In this document: positions 63,664 to 64,000 of the stretch, one piece after another
Position numbering within the stretch: position 1 is the stretch's first letter
Layout of the letters: the number at the start of each line of letters is the position of its first letter
From: an uncultured delta proteobacterium
GTDB taxonomy: Bacteria; Desulfobacterota; Binatia; UBA9968
Assembly: GCA_963745035.1 (NCBI GenBank)
Contig: CAVUVW010000013.1
Coordinates: forward strand, 1,792,001-1,856,000
Length of the DNA: 64,000 nucleotides
Reading direction: 5' to 3'
Program-made: the position numbers and the translations under genes
The notes under the pieces: model-generated
Seen by the model: only the letters and a program-made list of their open reading frames with translations
Told to the model about the DNA's origin: nothing
The model's database searches: none

Positions 63664-64000
63664 GTTCTCGTTCCTCCAGTTGAAGTGCGCTCACACGCCG
63701 CTAGCGGGCTCTGCGTTCTGTCGATAAAAACCCAGCCATAGGCGCAATGAAATACGGTCCATTTCGATACCGGTTCTTTCTCGGGCAGATTTTGCATCGC
63801 CTGGATCTTGCCGGCGAGATCATCCGATGAATGGAGAATAACGGCTTCGCGGGTCTGCGGCAACTTGGGCGAGCCGAATTCATAAGGGCCGTGATGGCTG
63901 ACCAGCATGTGTTTTACGAGGCCGCGCACCCGCACCAAGCCGCCCGCGGAATCCTCGGTGCGCTCCAAATTCACGCTTCGATCTCGCCGCTGCGATCGAC
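63660..64000 (-). CDS. Hypothetical protein, probably the 3' part of a gene entering from outside the window
   Basis: ORF 63660..63974 overlaps the ALDH start; no recognisable motif. Confidence 0.3.
   Translation of the reverse strand, partial: RSQRRDRSVNLERTEDSAGGLVRVRGLVKHMLVSHHGPYEFGSPKLPQTREAVILHSSDDLAGKIQAMQNLPEKEPVSKWTVFHCAYGWVFIDRTQSPLAACERTSTGGTRT

Overview
High-GC bacterial chromosome segment. Three orphan TctC/Bug solute-binding genes and the gene style suggest a deltaproteobacterial, Binatia-like lineage (inference). About 15.8-62.2 kb is core housekeeping, almost all on the minus strand: a continuous translation superoperon (tRNA-Thr/Tyr/Gly/Thr, tuf, rpmG, tRNA-Trp, secE-nusG, rplKAJL, rpoBC, rpsLG-fusA, S10, spc, alpha), rlmB, lptFG (plus strand), rplM-rpsI, tig-clpP-clpX-lon, rph-rdgB and 12 tRNAs in total. 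The first ~13.5 kb is an accessory region with a DUF433/DUF5615 toxin-antitoxin pair, a zeta-like P-loop ATPase plus a 52-aa partner, a Tat-signal MsrB, an AlkB-family gene, and three four-helix-bundle (IVP/bAvd-like) genes or remnants set among short tandem-repeat arrays that are often arranged as inverted arms. Main observations: (1) repeat-bracketed four-helix-bundle cassettes plus gene-less inverted-repeat footprints, possibly an undescribed mobile or RNA-structured cassette system; (2) a PrdB/GrdB-like selenoprotein (in-frame TGA in a UxxC motif with a SECIS-like hairpin) that the ORF track splits in two; (3) an in-frame TAG in rplP; (4) rpmD missing from the spc operon. Several single-base indels in conserved genes (clpP, rplW, two dehydrogenases) point to long-read consensus errors, so every frameshift call is provisional.
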